In this document: in pieces, positions 1 to 8,886 of the stretch
Position numbering within the stretch: position 1 is the first letter of the stretch
Layout: every line of letters starts with the position of its first letter
Virus record (IMG/VR): IMGVR_UViG_3300029286_001711
Strand: one strand, 5' to 3'
Length of the DNA: 64,000 nucleotides
Source of the DNA: a virus
Taxonomy: Duplodnaviria > Caudoviricetes
Notes under the pieces: generated by a model
The model's database searches: none
What the model saw: only the letters and a program-made list of their open reading frames with translations
Told to the model about the DNA's origin: nothing
Position numbers and translations under genes: made by a program

Positions 1-59
1 TCAAATTCTTTTGCGTTTGGATTTTCTTTGAAGAAAATTGTAATTTTTTTATAATTCAT
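1..59 (-). CDS. partial hypothetical protein (runs off window start)
   Basis: ATG at 59, open frame MNYKKITIFFKENPNAKEF to the window edge. Confidence 0.4.
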   Translation of the reverse strand, partial: MNYKKITIFFKENPNAKEF

Positions 60-95
60 ATTAAAACTTAGTTATTTTTATTCAGAAAGGGAATG

Positions 96-314
96 TTATC
101 TAACATTACACATCTTTCTTTTTATCTTATATATATTTTTTTTATATTCTACAATGTCTTCTTCAACTAAACGGTCAAACTCAAAATTTTTACTAGATGT
201 TGAACTAATATAAGCATAATAATCGTATCGTTCCTTAATCTTCTTATTCAATGAACAAATCTTCAATCTATAATATAATATTAGGGGATATTTTTTCATA
301 AACTTTATTTTCAT
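96..314 (-). CDS. hypothetical protein
   Basis: Track ORF 96..416; start moved to ATG 314 (MKIKFMKKYP), which follows TATTTAC and avoids overlap with clpC. Confidence 0.45.
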   Translation of the reverse strand: MKIKFMKKYPLILYYRLKICSLNKKIKERYDYYAYISSTSSKNFEFDRLVEEDIVEYKKNIYKIKRKMCNVR

Positions 315-351
315 ACAATAGTAAATATATTTTCTAAAAAAGAAATACCCT

Positions 352-2877
352 ATGAGTATGAAAAAAATGGTACCTAAAGTTAGATCAATTTTAAAGAATG
401 CTTTCAGAGAATCCATTAGACTTGGTGACTCTAAAATTAAACCAGAACATATATTACTATCAGTATTTAGCGATAAAACAAATGGTGCAACAGAAGTTCT
501 AAAAGAAATGGGAACAAATGTTATGGAATTAACAGAAAAGTTAGAAGGTTACTTGAGACTTAAATTAAAAAACCCTATTATTGTAGAAGTAAAGATAATT
601 CCTCTTAGTGAATCTTCTAAAAACGCTTTAAGTTCCGCAGAACTGGAGTCTGATAAATTAAGAGACGATTTTATAGGTATCGAACATTTAATGTTAGCAA
701 TCTTAAAGAATCGTTCACTAGATGGGACAAAAGTTTTAGGAAATCAGGGTATTACCTATAGAACATTTAAAGAAACTTTATTACATTTAAAACAACAAAA
801 AATAAATATGAATATGTCAGGAGATTTTGAAGAATTAGACGACTACGGTAAGAAGGCGAAGAAAGCCTCACAAGGTAAGTCAACCACACCAATTTTAGAT
901 AATTTTGGTAAAGATGTAACCAAACTTGCCGCAGAAGGCCATATAGATCCCATCATTGGTAGGTCTGATGAAATTGAAAGAGTTTCACAAATTCTTTCAA
1001 GACGTAAAAAGAACAACCCAATTCTCATTGGAGAACCAGGTGTTGGTAAAACAGCCATCGTTGAAGGATTGGCACTTAAAATTATCGAAAGGAAATGTCC
1101 ACGTATCCTTTTTGACAAACGTGTAGTTAGTTTGGATTTAGCATCACTTGTTGCTGGAACCAAATATCGTGGACAGTTTGAAGAAAGAATGAAAGGTATC
1201 ATGCAGGAACTTGAAAAAGCTGACGATGTTATCCTTTTCATTGATGAAATCCACACCATGGTTGGTGCTGGTAACGCTTCAGGTTCGTTAGACGCGTCTA
1301 ACATTTTAAAACCAGCGTTAGCTCGTGGTGATATCCAATGTATTGGAGCCACAACTCTCGATGAATATCGTGAGAACATCGAAAAAGATGGAGCGTTAGC
1401 AAGACGTTTCCAAATGGTTCTTGTTGAACCGCCTTCTAAAGAAGAAACACTTATTATCCTTGATAATATTAAAGGTAAGTATGAGGACCACCACAAAGTG
1501 AGTTACTCACGTGAGGCAGTTGAAGCTTGTGTTAAATTAGCTGACCGTTATATCACAGACCGTGAACAACCAGATAAGGCTATCGACATCATGGATGAAG
1601 TTGGGGCTAGAATGCAGGTTCACATTAAACCACCACAAGATATTCTCGATTTAGAAGAGAAGATTTCTGAAGTTGGAAAACAAAAAATTGAAGTTGTTAA
1701 GGCTCAACGTTATGAAGACGCCGCAAAACTTCGTGACGACGAAAAACGTCTTCAAGATAATCTTGAACAAGCAACCGAAGATTGGGCAAAAAACCTTGAT
1801 AAGGTAAGACCCGTAATTTCAGAAGAAGATGTAGCGAAAGTTGTATCTATGGTAACAGGTATCCCTGTAACTAAGGTTGGTCAAAGTGAGACAGAGAAAC
1901 TTCTCGCAATGGATAAAGAAATCAAAGATAAAGTTATCGGTCAAGATGACGCTATCGGTAAAATAACTAAAGCGATTAAGAGAAATCGTGTTGGTATTAA
2001 AAACCAAAACAAACCAATTGGTTCATTTATGTTCCTTGGTCCGACTGGTGTGGGTAAAACACACTTAGCTAAGAAATTAGCTGAAAGTATTTTTGGTTCA
2101 CCTGACTCTCTTGTTCGTGTTGATATGAGTGAGTTCATGGAGAAACACTCTGTATCTAAATTAATCGGGGCACCTCCAGGGTATGTAGGTTACGAAGAAG
2201 GTGGACAGTTAACTGAGAAAATCAGAAGAAAACCATATTCAGTAATCTTATTGGATGAAATCGAAAAGGCACATCCTGACGTGTTTAACGTATTACTTCA
2301 AGTATTAGACGAAGGTCACTTGAGTGATGGTTTAGGTAGAAAGATTGATTTCAAGAACGCACTTATCATCATGACTTCTAATGTTGGAGCACGTAAACTT
2401 CAAGAGTTTGGAGCTGGTGTTGGATTTGGAACTAAATCTAAAACTGACGGTGTTGATGAAGCAGCTGAGTCTGTAATTCAAGATTCACTTAAAAAGACTT
2501 TCTCACCAGAGTTCTTAAATCGTCTTGATGATGTTATCATCTTCAAATCTTTAGATAAAGAAGATATTAAGAAAATTGTTGAAATTCCTCTTAATGAAGT
2601 AATCGAAAGAGTAAAAGAAATGGGTTATACCCTTAAGTTTGACGAGTCTCTTAAAGAGTATCTTGTTGAAAAAGGTTACGACGAGAAATATGGAGCACGT
2701 CCTCTTAATAGAGCAATCCAAAAGTATGTTGAAGACCCAATCTCTGAAAAGGTGTTAGATGGTGGTATTACCGCGGGTGATACGCTTACAATATCTTACG
2801 ATACCAAAACGGAAGATGTAAAAATCGACATTAAAAAGCCTAAAGCTTCTAAGAAAAAAGAAGATAAAGGTAAGTAA
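352..2877 (+). CDS. clpC: ATP-dependent Clp protease ATP-binding subunit (ClpC-type AAA+ unfoldase)
   Basis: Clp N-domain (KPEHILL, GIEHLMLAIL), Walker A GEPGVGKT and GPTGVGKT, Walker B ILFIDEIH and ILLDEIEKAHPDV, UVR coil QRYEDAAKLRD, ClpP-docking VGFG loop. Confidence 0.95.
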   Translation: MSMKKMVPKVRSILKNAFRESIRLGDSKIKPEHILLSVFSDKTNGATEVLKEMGTNVMELTEKLEGYLRLKLKNPIIVEVKIIPLSESSKNALSSAELESDKLRDDFIGIEHLMLAILKNRSLDGTKVLGNQGITYRTFKETLLHLKQQKINMNMSGDFEELDDYGKKAKKASQGKSTTPILDNFGKDVTKLAAEGHIDPIIGRSDEIERVSQILSRRKKNNPILIGEPGVGKTAIVEGLALKIIERKCPRILFDKRVVSLDLASLVAGTKYRGQFEERMKGIMQELEKADDVILFIDEIHTMVGAGNASGSLDASNILKPALARGDIQCIGATTLDEYRENIEKDGALARRFQMVLVEPPSKEETLIILDNIKGKYEDHHKVSYSREAVEACVKLADRYITDREQPDKAIDIMDEVGARMQVHIKPPQDILDLEEKISEVGKQKIEVVKAQRYEDAAKLRDDEKRLQDNLEQATEDWAKNLDKVRPVISEEDVAKVVSMVTGIPVTKVGQSETEKLLAMDKEIKDKVIGQDDAIGKITKAIKRNRVGIKNQNKPIGSFMFLGPTGVGKTHLAKKLAESIFGSPDSLVRVDMSEFMEKHSVSKLIGAPPGYVGYEEGGQLTEKIRRKPYSVILLDEIEKAHPDVFNVLLQVLDEGHLSDGLGRKIDFKNALIIMTSNVGARKLQEFGAGVGFGTKSKTDGVDEAAESVIQDSLKKTFSPEFLNRLDDVIIFKSLDKEDIKKIVEIPLNEVIERVKEMGYTLKFDESLKEYLVEKGYDEKYGARPLNRAIQKYVEDPISEKVLDGGITAGDTLTISYDTKTEDVKIDIKKPKASKKKEDKGK

Positions 2878-2881
2878 TATT

Positions 2882-2907
2882 AAAACCCCTCTAATGAGGG
2901 GTTTTTT
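2882..2907. terminator. intrinsic terminator
   Basis: AAAACCCCTC-TAAT-GAGGGGTTTTTT directly after the clpC stop. Confidence 0.85.
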
Positions 2908-2945
2908 GTTTCAAAATAATTCATTATCTTTATAAAAAATAAATT

Positions 2946-3542
2946 ATGGGAATATACGTTAGAAATCGAAAAACATTAGAGATGAAAAAAGTATCTCACA
3001 CAAAATTCACAACTTTAATTGCAACATTTTTGGTTGTTTTTTTAATAACTTTAAGAATTGGTTATGGACTTGGATATGATGTGGGTAAAAAAACTCAATT
3101 AAAAGAAAGTGATGTAGTCCTAATATTCAACGATTTAGAAAATACTAGTTTTACACCCAAAAAATTTTATGAATACTTAAAACAAGTTAATATTAAATTC
3201 CCAGAGATTATATTCGCTCAATCAATGAAAGAGTGTGGTTTTAAATCATCACTTTTTAAAAACAACAATAACCTTTTCGGAATGAGGGAGGCTAGTAGAA
3301 GACCTAATCTACAAAGTGATATCGTAAACGGTTATGGGTATTATGATAATTGGAAATTATCGGTAATTGATTATGCTTTATATCAAGCCAACATAGGTGT
3401 TAATAAACTTAAAACCGAAGACCAATATTTAGAATTTATTAAGGAAATGGGGTATTTTGATGTTGACCACCCAAATAATGTTACCTACCTATCTGACGTA
3501 AAATCTATCGCTAAAAATATTGAAAAATATATTAAAGAGTAG
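2946..3542 (+). CDS. glucosaminidase/FlgJ-like peptidoglycan hydrolase with N-terminal TM helix
   Basis: Hydrophobic segment LIATFLVVFLITLRIG; motif IIFAQSMKECG...NNNLFGMRE typical of the glucosaminidase family. Confidence 0.7.
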   Translation: MGIYVRNRKTLEMKKVSHTKFTTLIATFLVVFLITLRIGYGLGYDVGKKTQLKESDVVLIFNDLENTSFTPKKFYEYLKQVNIKFPEIIFAQSMKECGFKSSLFKNNNNLFGMREASRRPNLQSDIVNGYGYYDNWKLSVIDYALYQANIGVNKLKTEDQYLEFIKEMGYFDVDHPNNVTYLSDVKSIAKNIEKYIKE

Positions 3543-3812
3543 ATCCTGGTTTTTTACCACCATAAGGTACTTTCATAACTGGAAATTTATCCCCAGTTAA
3601 TCTATGACCCTTTCTAGGTAATTCTATTCTATCAATATCATGAAATTGTAAGAATTTTTCTACTTCTGCTTTAAATAAATCCATTACTTCACGGTGTGCT
3701 AAATCTGGGTGATTTTTTTAATATCAACCATTAATTCAACTAACGTATCTTGAATAGTAGAGGCACCCTCTTTAATTAGTCTTTGTACTTTTTTATAACC
3801 CTCGTTAATCAT
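3532..3812 (-). pseudogene. frameshifted ORF (about 95 aa if one base is restored in the A7 run)
   Basis: MINEGYKKVQRLIKEG...DIKK continues in the -1 frame as NHPDLAHREVMDLFKAEVEKF...GSTL*; break at the T7 run 3713-3719 (+ strand). Confidence 0.55.
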
Positions 3813-5265
3813 TTTGTATATCTTTAGGTTGACCACCAATTTCTGGTGTTATAGATTTTAATTCTTCAAATACAACTAATTTAAGTTCTTTTACAAATGA
3901 ATCTTGTAATTCTTTAAGGAAGAATGTACCCATTTTACCAAAATACATTAAACCCGATATGTTTGTTATACACTTATGTCCACCACTATTAGCTTGGATT
4001 ATATCCCAACCAGAGATTGTTAACATTTTAAGTGCTTTTCTTTCTCTATCGTTTAAAGTGGTATATGGTTTATCTAAAATCCTTTTTATTGCGTTTTGCC
4101 ATCTTTCTACTGTGTAATCAGGTGCTGCACCGTTGGGTACTGTATTTAATCCGTTAACTGTTTCACCGTATATAGCAATTAAATCGTTATATGTGAAACC
4201 AACACTCTCAGCCTCAAAAGATTTATGTTTTTCACCAAAGTATTTTAATGAATCGACAGTTACTCTAAAATCTCTTAAAGCGGTCTCAGATTTACTTAAT
4301 ACCCTTTGTGCTATTTCCCCTAAGTTAACACCCTTTAATGTTCTTTCAGATTTAAAAGGATTACAACTAGCTTGTAAAAGACCTAATGGCCATGCAATAA
4401 CCAAAAAGTTAGCGTCTGGAAAATTCTTGAAGGGAACATAACGGTCATAAGCCCCAGGTTTCATTAGTGGACCACCACCATATTGTGATATAATACCAGT
4501 TACAGAATCGTATTTAACCTTATCACTGGCTTTCATTGTCTCACCGTAAGCCATAGCGTGTTGAGTCATTACCTCTGGTGAAATATAACCCTCTTCTTTA
4601 GCCAATCCAACTATGTTTTGGTATATGTTTAAAAGAGATGGGGTACAACCCATAACTAGTCTTTCTAAAAATCTCGGTTTGTTTTTGTAAGCTAACAAAA
4701 GTTTATTAGTTACAAGAGCCATGGCTTTCTTATTACTCTCAAGACTTTTTTCTTTATCTAAAGAGAAAACAAACTTCATAACCTGCTCTGGTGTAATACC
4801 TAACTTAGCATAGTTAGCACTATCTACTGTAGATATCATCAAGACATCCAAATGTGGAAATATTTCTTTTGGTGAAACTATTTGTGAGATAGTTTCAACA
4901 TTAGACCTAGCTTGTCTAAAAGATTTAGAAGTTTCAGCTGATGTACCGATTTGTTTATCGTGGTGGTCAGTATGAATTATGAACATAGGTTTACCGTGAG
5001 CAAAGTCAACTAAGACTGGCATGATATCACCTTTAGCCATCGGTTTTTTAATAGCAAATTCTCTGTCACCGTATTGGATAACTTCACAATCAACCACTTC
5101 AATTCCATAACTTTCTAAATAGTTTTTCATTGCAATAGCTGTTGTAACACCATCAGTATCTTGATGAAAATAAATCTTTGCACTCTCATATCTTTGAGCT
5201 AGTTCTTTGATGTTTCTAACACCAGATTCTAAAAGGATATTTTTTTCTAATAGTAAAGTCGACAT
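3805..5265 (-). CDS. DHH-family phosphoesterase with LLE leader
   Basis: HQDTDG (DxD), VLVDF, HTDHH, C-terminal SGGH; N-terminus MSTLLLEKNILLES. Confidence 0.75.
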   Translation of the reverse strand: MSTLLLEKNILLESGVRNIKELAQRYESAKIYFHQDTDGVTTAIAMKNYLESYGIEVVDCEVIQYGDREFAIKKPMAKGDIMPVLVDFAHGKPMFIIHTDHHDKQIGTSAETSKSFRQARSNVETISQIVSPKEIFPHLDVLMISTVDSANYAKLGITPEQVMKFVFSLDKEKSLESNKKAMALVTNKLLLAYKNKPRFLERLVMGCTPSLLNIYQNIVGLAKEEGYISPEVMTQHAMAYGETMKASDKVKYDSVTGIISQYGGGPLMKPGAYDRYVPFKNFPDANFLVIAWPLGLLQASCNPFKSERTLKGVNLGEIAQRVLSKSETALRDFRVTVDSLKYFGEKHKSFEAESVGFTYNDLIAIYGETVNGLNTVPNGAAPDYTVERWQNAIKRILDKPYTTLNDRERKALKMLTISGWDIIQANSGGHKCITNISGLMYFGKMGTFFLKELQDSFVKELKLVVFEELKSITPEIGGQPKDIQND

Positions 5266-5287
5266 TAAAATTCTTTTATAATAAATA

Positions 5288-5509
5288 TCACGATCTTTTA
5301 TTCAATTCTTCTTCTTGAATTTTTATGTATTTATCCAAATATTGTTTAGCTTTGTATAAATCCTGAATCCCATTCTTATGTTTCCAACGTGTAACATATT
5401 TAACGACATTACCCTCAAAAAAATCGAGGTTATGTTGTGCCGAGTAGTCCCACATCTCTGTTTTTCCTTGATTGTAGTGGGATGGGTGTGTAACTTGTTC
5501 TTTATTCAT
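5288..5509 (-). CDS. DUF3310-like phage protein
   Basis: VTHPSHY...FFEGNVVKYVTRWKHKNGIQDLYKAKQYL signature. Confidence 0.85.
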   Translation of the reverse strand: MNKEQVTHPSHYNQGKTEMWDYSAQHNLDFFEGNVVKYVTRWKHKNGIQDLYKAKQYLDKYIKIQEEELNKRS

Positions 5510-5515
5510 AATTAA

Positions 5516-5547
5516 TTTGTATAATTAAAACTATTGTTATATCTTTG
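5516..5547 (+). promoter_or_regulatory. Bacteroidota primary-sigma-type promoter
   Basis: TTTG (5516-19), 20 nt spacer, TATCTTTG (5540-47). Confidence 0.75.
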
Positions 5548-5576
5548 TAATTGTAAACAAAAACCTAATAAACTGT

Positions 5577-6593
5577 ATGTCAAAAACTAAAGAGACCGCA
5601 CAAATCGTAAAGCTTACGGATTTCAATTTCCCACCAGAAGTATTCATACCTCTAAAAAGTGGTAAATTTATTGATACTATAATATCCAAAAAGGGGGGTA
5701 CAATGCCTGCAACCATTACAGTTGTTGTTGGTGAGCCGGGTTCGGGTAAAACAACCATGCTTGTCGATAAGATGGCTGGTATCGAGTCTATCGATAAAAA
5801 TAAAAAATGTCTTTATATATCTTCCGAAATGAACCCTATTGATAATATGGAGTTAGCTGAAGATTTACCACAATTAATGGATTTAAATACATTATATCTA
5901 GCTGATTATGAAGATCCTAAAACAATTTTGGAAGATGTTCTTGATATTGGTTGGGATTACGTCCTAATTGATAGTTTCATGGATGCTAAAGATAAAGTTA
6001 AAGATACTGCTAACATGAATTCAACAACCGTTGAAAGTTGGTTAATCAGTCTGATGATTAGACATACTAAAGGTCAAAATAAGGCTAAAAAATACACCGC
6101 TTTTGATGTTATTCAACATATTACTAAAGGTGGTGAGTACGCTGGTTCCACAAAATTAAAACACAACACCACCGCGATGATGTATGTTCGTATCGATGAA
6201 CAAACAAATCAACGTTACCTTGTTTACGTTAAAAACCGTAGAGGTAGTATTCGTAAAAAATTATACATGTTACTCGAAGATGGTGTTCTAGCTTACGATG
6301 GTAAAAAATATGGTGAATTAGAGAAAGCCATTAGTATTCAAAAACAAATGGATACATTCCAAAACGATAATGAGGCCAGATTGATGGACTTACTTAAAAC
6401 CTCTGAAACATCAGATAAAGAAATTTATAGTAAGATTTCTTTGGTTAAACCAGTTGGTGAGTTAGAACGTATTAGTATTGAGGAGTATAACAAAGAAATT
6501 AATGAAGCTGTTGAAAGGGTTCGTAATGGTGAAGGAATCCCTCATGAACAAGTTATGGAAGAAGTTGACAGAATTTTAGAAGGAGAAGATTAA
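5577..6593 (+). CDS. RadA/Sms-like RecA-superfamily ATPase
   Basis: GEPGSGKTT, VLIDS, QHITKGGEYAGS..LKH, KNRRG; lacks the RadA Zn finger and Lon-like domain. Confidence 0.75.
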   Translation: MSKTKETAQIVKLTDFNFPPEVFIPLKSGKFIDTIISKKGGTMPATITVVVGEPGSGKTTMLVDKMAGIESIDKNKKCLYISSEMNPIDNMELAEDLPQLMDLNTLYLADYEDPKTILEDVLDIGWDYVLIDSFMDAKDKVKDTANMNSTTVESWLISLMIRHTKGQNKAKKYTAFDVIQHITKGGEYAGSTKLKHNTTAMMYVRIDEQTNQRYLVYVKNRRGSIRKKLYMLLEDGVLAYDGKKYGELEKAISIQKQMDTFQNDNEARLMDLLKTSETSDKEIYSKISLVKPVGELERISIEEYNKEINEAVERVRNGEGIPHEQVMEEVDRILEGED

Positions 6594-6654
6594 TCGTTAT
6601 TGCGGTTGTATTTATCATAAAGTATCATTATATTAAACAAAACAAAGAAAAAAC

Positions 6655-7761
6655 ATGGAAAACATTAACTACGACAATTTTAAAAAAGAAGTAAAAGAAA
6701 ACTACCCAATTCGTAAGAATTTAACATTAGCTGAACTTAATATCGATTTTGAAGATGTTGAGAGTCGTAATGGTAATATTACTCTTGAGGGTGTTAAATT
6801 AAAACTATCATCAGGAGCTTTCAAATCACTTCTTAAGACCCTTAAGATTAGTGATACCTTTATTGGTAAGTTCACAGACATTTTCGGTATGAATTCTCGT
6901 AACCAATTGGTTAAGATTATTAAAACCAAATTGGCAACAGCAAAAGATATGAAAATATCTATCTACATTTCTCCATCAACAATGAGAGTGGTAGCCATCA
7001 CTGACGCTGGTAAACCTTATGTTTCCCCAGAGTTCTATTTTGACATGGTTGAAAACGTTATCAATGACCACGATTTAGGTATTAGTAGCATGTCCATTTC
7101 AAGTGAGGGTAATGTTCAAATTTCTACCATTAAAAGTGGTTGGGGCTTTGATATTCCAACTTTGAAAGATGAAGCTTTCCATACTGGTGTTATTGTAACA
7201 GCCGGTCCAACGGAAGAAATCGCGATTGACCCTTACATTTTACGTCTTGTTTGTGCAAACGGAATGGTTGGTCCTCGTCGTCTTGAAATGGGTCCTCGTT
7301 TAATGAATAACAGTGTTGAAGATATTAACCGTTTCATGAATGAAATTAAGGGTTTAAGTGAAACCAATGTAAAATTTCAGGGTGTATTCTCTGATAATGT
7401 TAAGAAAATGAATTCTATTTCAGCTTCTTATAATGAAGTGTTAAAGCTTCGTGAACTTGTAGCTAACAAAGTTACAGATAAGAATGACGCTCGTGTTGAA
7501 GCTGTTCTTGACCGTTTCTTCCCAACTAACGAGATTAAGGCCTCTTATAAAGACAAAGGTATCATCCTTGACTCTTTAACTAACCGTCATTGGAAGAACG
7601 CTAAAACCGATATGACAGCCTGGGAACTACTTAACTCATTAACTGATGTAGCATCACACGATTACGGAATGGGAATTGGTGAACACGCTAAGAATGATTT
7701 GAGAAAACAATCTGGATTGTTTATGTTCAAAAAGGAATTCGATACAGAATTTATTCTATAA
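6655..7761 (+). CDS. DUF932-like protein
   Basis: RLVCANG motif and C-terminal TAWELLNSLT. Confidence 0.6.
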   Translation: MENINYDNFKKEVKENYPIRKNLTLAELNIDFEDVESRNGNITLEGVKLKLSSGAFKSLLKTLKISDTFIGKFTDIFGMNSRNQLVKIIKTKLATAKDMKISIYISPSTMRVVAITDAGKPYVSPEFYFDMVENVINDHDLGISSMSISSEGNVQISTIKSGWGFDIPTLKDEAFHTGVIVTAGPTEEIAIDPYILRLVCANGMVGPRRLEMGPRLMNNSVEDINRFMNEIKGLSETNVKFQGVFSDNVKKMNSISASYNEVLKLRELVANKVTDKNDARVEAVLDRFFPTNEIKASYKDKGIILDSLTNRHWKNAKTDMTAWELLNSLTDVASHDYGMGIGEHAKNDLRKQSGLFMFKKEFDTEFIL

Positions 7762-7793
7762 TAAAAAAGGGACTTTTTAAGTCCCTTTTTTAT
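7761..7793. terminator. bidirectional intrinsic terminator
   Basis: ATAAAAAAGGGACT-TTTTA-AGTCCCTTTTTTAT between convergent genes. Confidence 0.85.
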
Positions 7794-7836
7794 TTAATTA
7801 ATAATTAACCAATAAACATAATTAACATCACTTATC

Positions 7837-8217
7837 TCACGACATAATCTCTTTATTTTCGTTCGTTATACAAATTGTTACTTCTATAACTGTTCCTATT
7901 TCATCATAACTTACTGTATAACCTAAAGGAGTTGCTAACGAATCTGAGGAAAAAACATTCCTATATGTTTTAGAATCACTTTTTATAGGAATTGTTAAGG
8001 ATATATCTGTGTAAAGAATATCACCTACCTGTATAATTCTACTCGATGTGTATATCATCACACCTCCTCTTGGAGGCAAAACAATTTCATTACAAGCCTC
8101 CACCGATATATTATATGGTGTTCCTAATTGGAAAGATAAAACAGGGTTAAATCTTGACCTCAATGCTCTCTCTAATTCTTGTTTTTTTAGTGTAATTTGT
8201 TCTGTTCTATCTGCCAT
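7837..8217 (-). CDS. hypothetical, probably virion-associated
   Basis: 126 aa ORF at the end of the fibre-gene cluster. Confidence 0.6.
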   Translation of the reverse strand: MADRTEQITLKKQELERALRSRFNPVLSFQLGTPYNISVEACNEIVLPPRGGVMIYTSSRIIQVGDILYTDISLTIPIKSDSKTYRNVFSSDSLATPLGYTVSYDEIGTVIEVTICITNENKEIMS

Positions 8218-8228
8218 TTTTAATAAAA

Positions 8229-8807
8229 TTAATTTGTGAAAGTAATAGCTGTACCCTGAAGTATGTAAAACTCAAAATCCACATAAACTTCAGCTTCAAA
8301 TATATTTGTATGTCCTGCTAACAAGGAAATATCATAGAATCGAGGGTCTATTGAATTATCCGTGTTAACCATCATTAAACTTACAGGTACAACAAATCCA
8401 CTTGCCGTTTCGTAAACTAAGGCAGATGGTGATAGTGCTGTATGACAATCTTTGAGAGATGGGTCAAAAGAATTTACAACTGAATTGTTATCATAAACCT
8501 TGAAAGTTAAAGTATTATCAGGGTCAAAAACTGTACCTAAGTAGAAAACGTATATATTACTTCCTGACATACTTGTCGTTGGTACTATTGCACTAATACG
8601 GTATCTATCATATTTATTACCATCTACTATGTATAATGAATTTAATGGAATCATTCCACTCTGAACTTCTGAAAAAATAGTATCAGTTGTAACTGAAATG
8701 TCTGGATTTCCACTTGGTGCCCATGTAGCAGTGTTACCACTTGTGATAATAATGTAATTATTAACTGTTGCAGGTTTTAACTGTTCTACTCTAACTTTTT
8801 GTGACAT
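8229..8807 (-). CDS. hypothetical, probably virion-associated
   Basis: 192 aa beta-rich ORF; MSQKVRVEQLK start resembles MSQVRGQQLK of the neighbouring fibre; TATTTAT upstream. Confidence 0.65.
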   Translation of the reverse strand: MSQKVRVEQLKPATVNNYIIITSGNTATWAPSGNPDISVTTDTIFSEVQSGMIPLNSLYIVDGNKYDRYRISAIVPTTSMSGSNIYVFYLGTVFDPDNTLTFKVYDNNSVVNSFDPSLKDCHTALSPSALVYETASGFVVPVSLMMVNTDNSIDPRFYDISLLAGHTNIFEAEVYVDFEFYILQGTAITFTN

Positions 8808-8837
8808 ATTGGTGATTAATGTTTTTTATAAATATGT

Positions 8838-8865
8838 GAAAAGCCCACTTGTGGGCGGGCTTTTC
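8838..8865. terminator. intrinsic terminator
   Basis: GAAAAGCCC-N10-GGGCTTTTC after the fibre gene. Confidence 0.75.
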
Positions 8866-8886
8866 AGTAAATTAAAGGATTAAAAA

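Noticed and set aside
843-2138. Antisense ORFs inside clpC, and similar shadow ORFs (4133, 5537, 6702, 10451, 11930, 12374, 17008, 17906, 18200, 40841, 51507, 58996, 61413)
   Set aside because: They overlap well-supported genes on the opposite strand or in another frame, and lack motifs and promoters.
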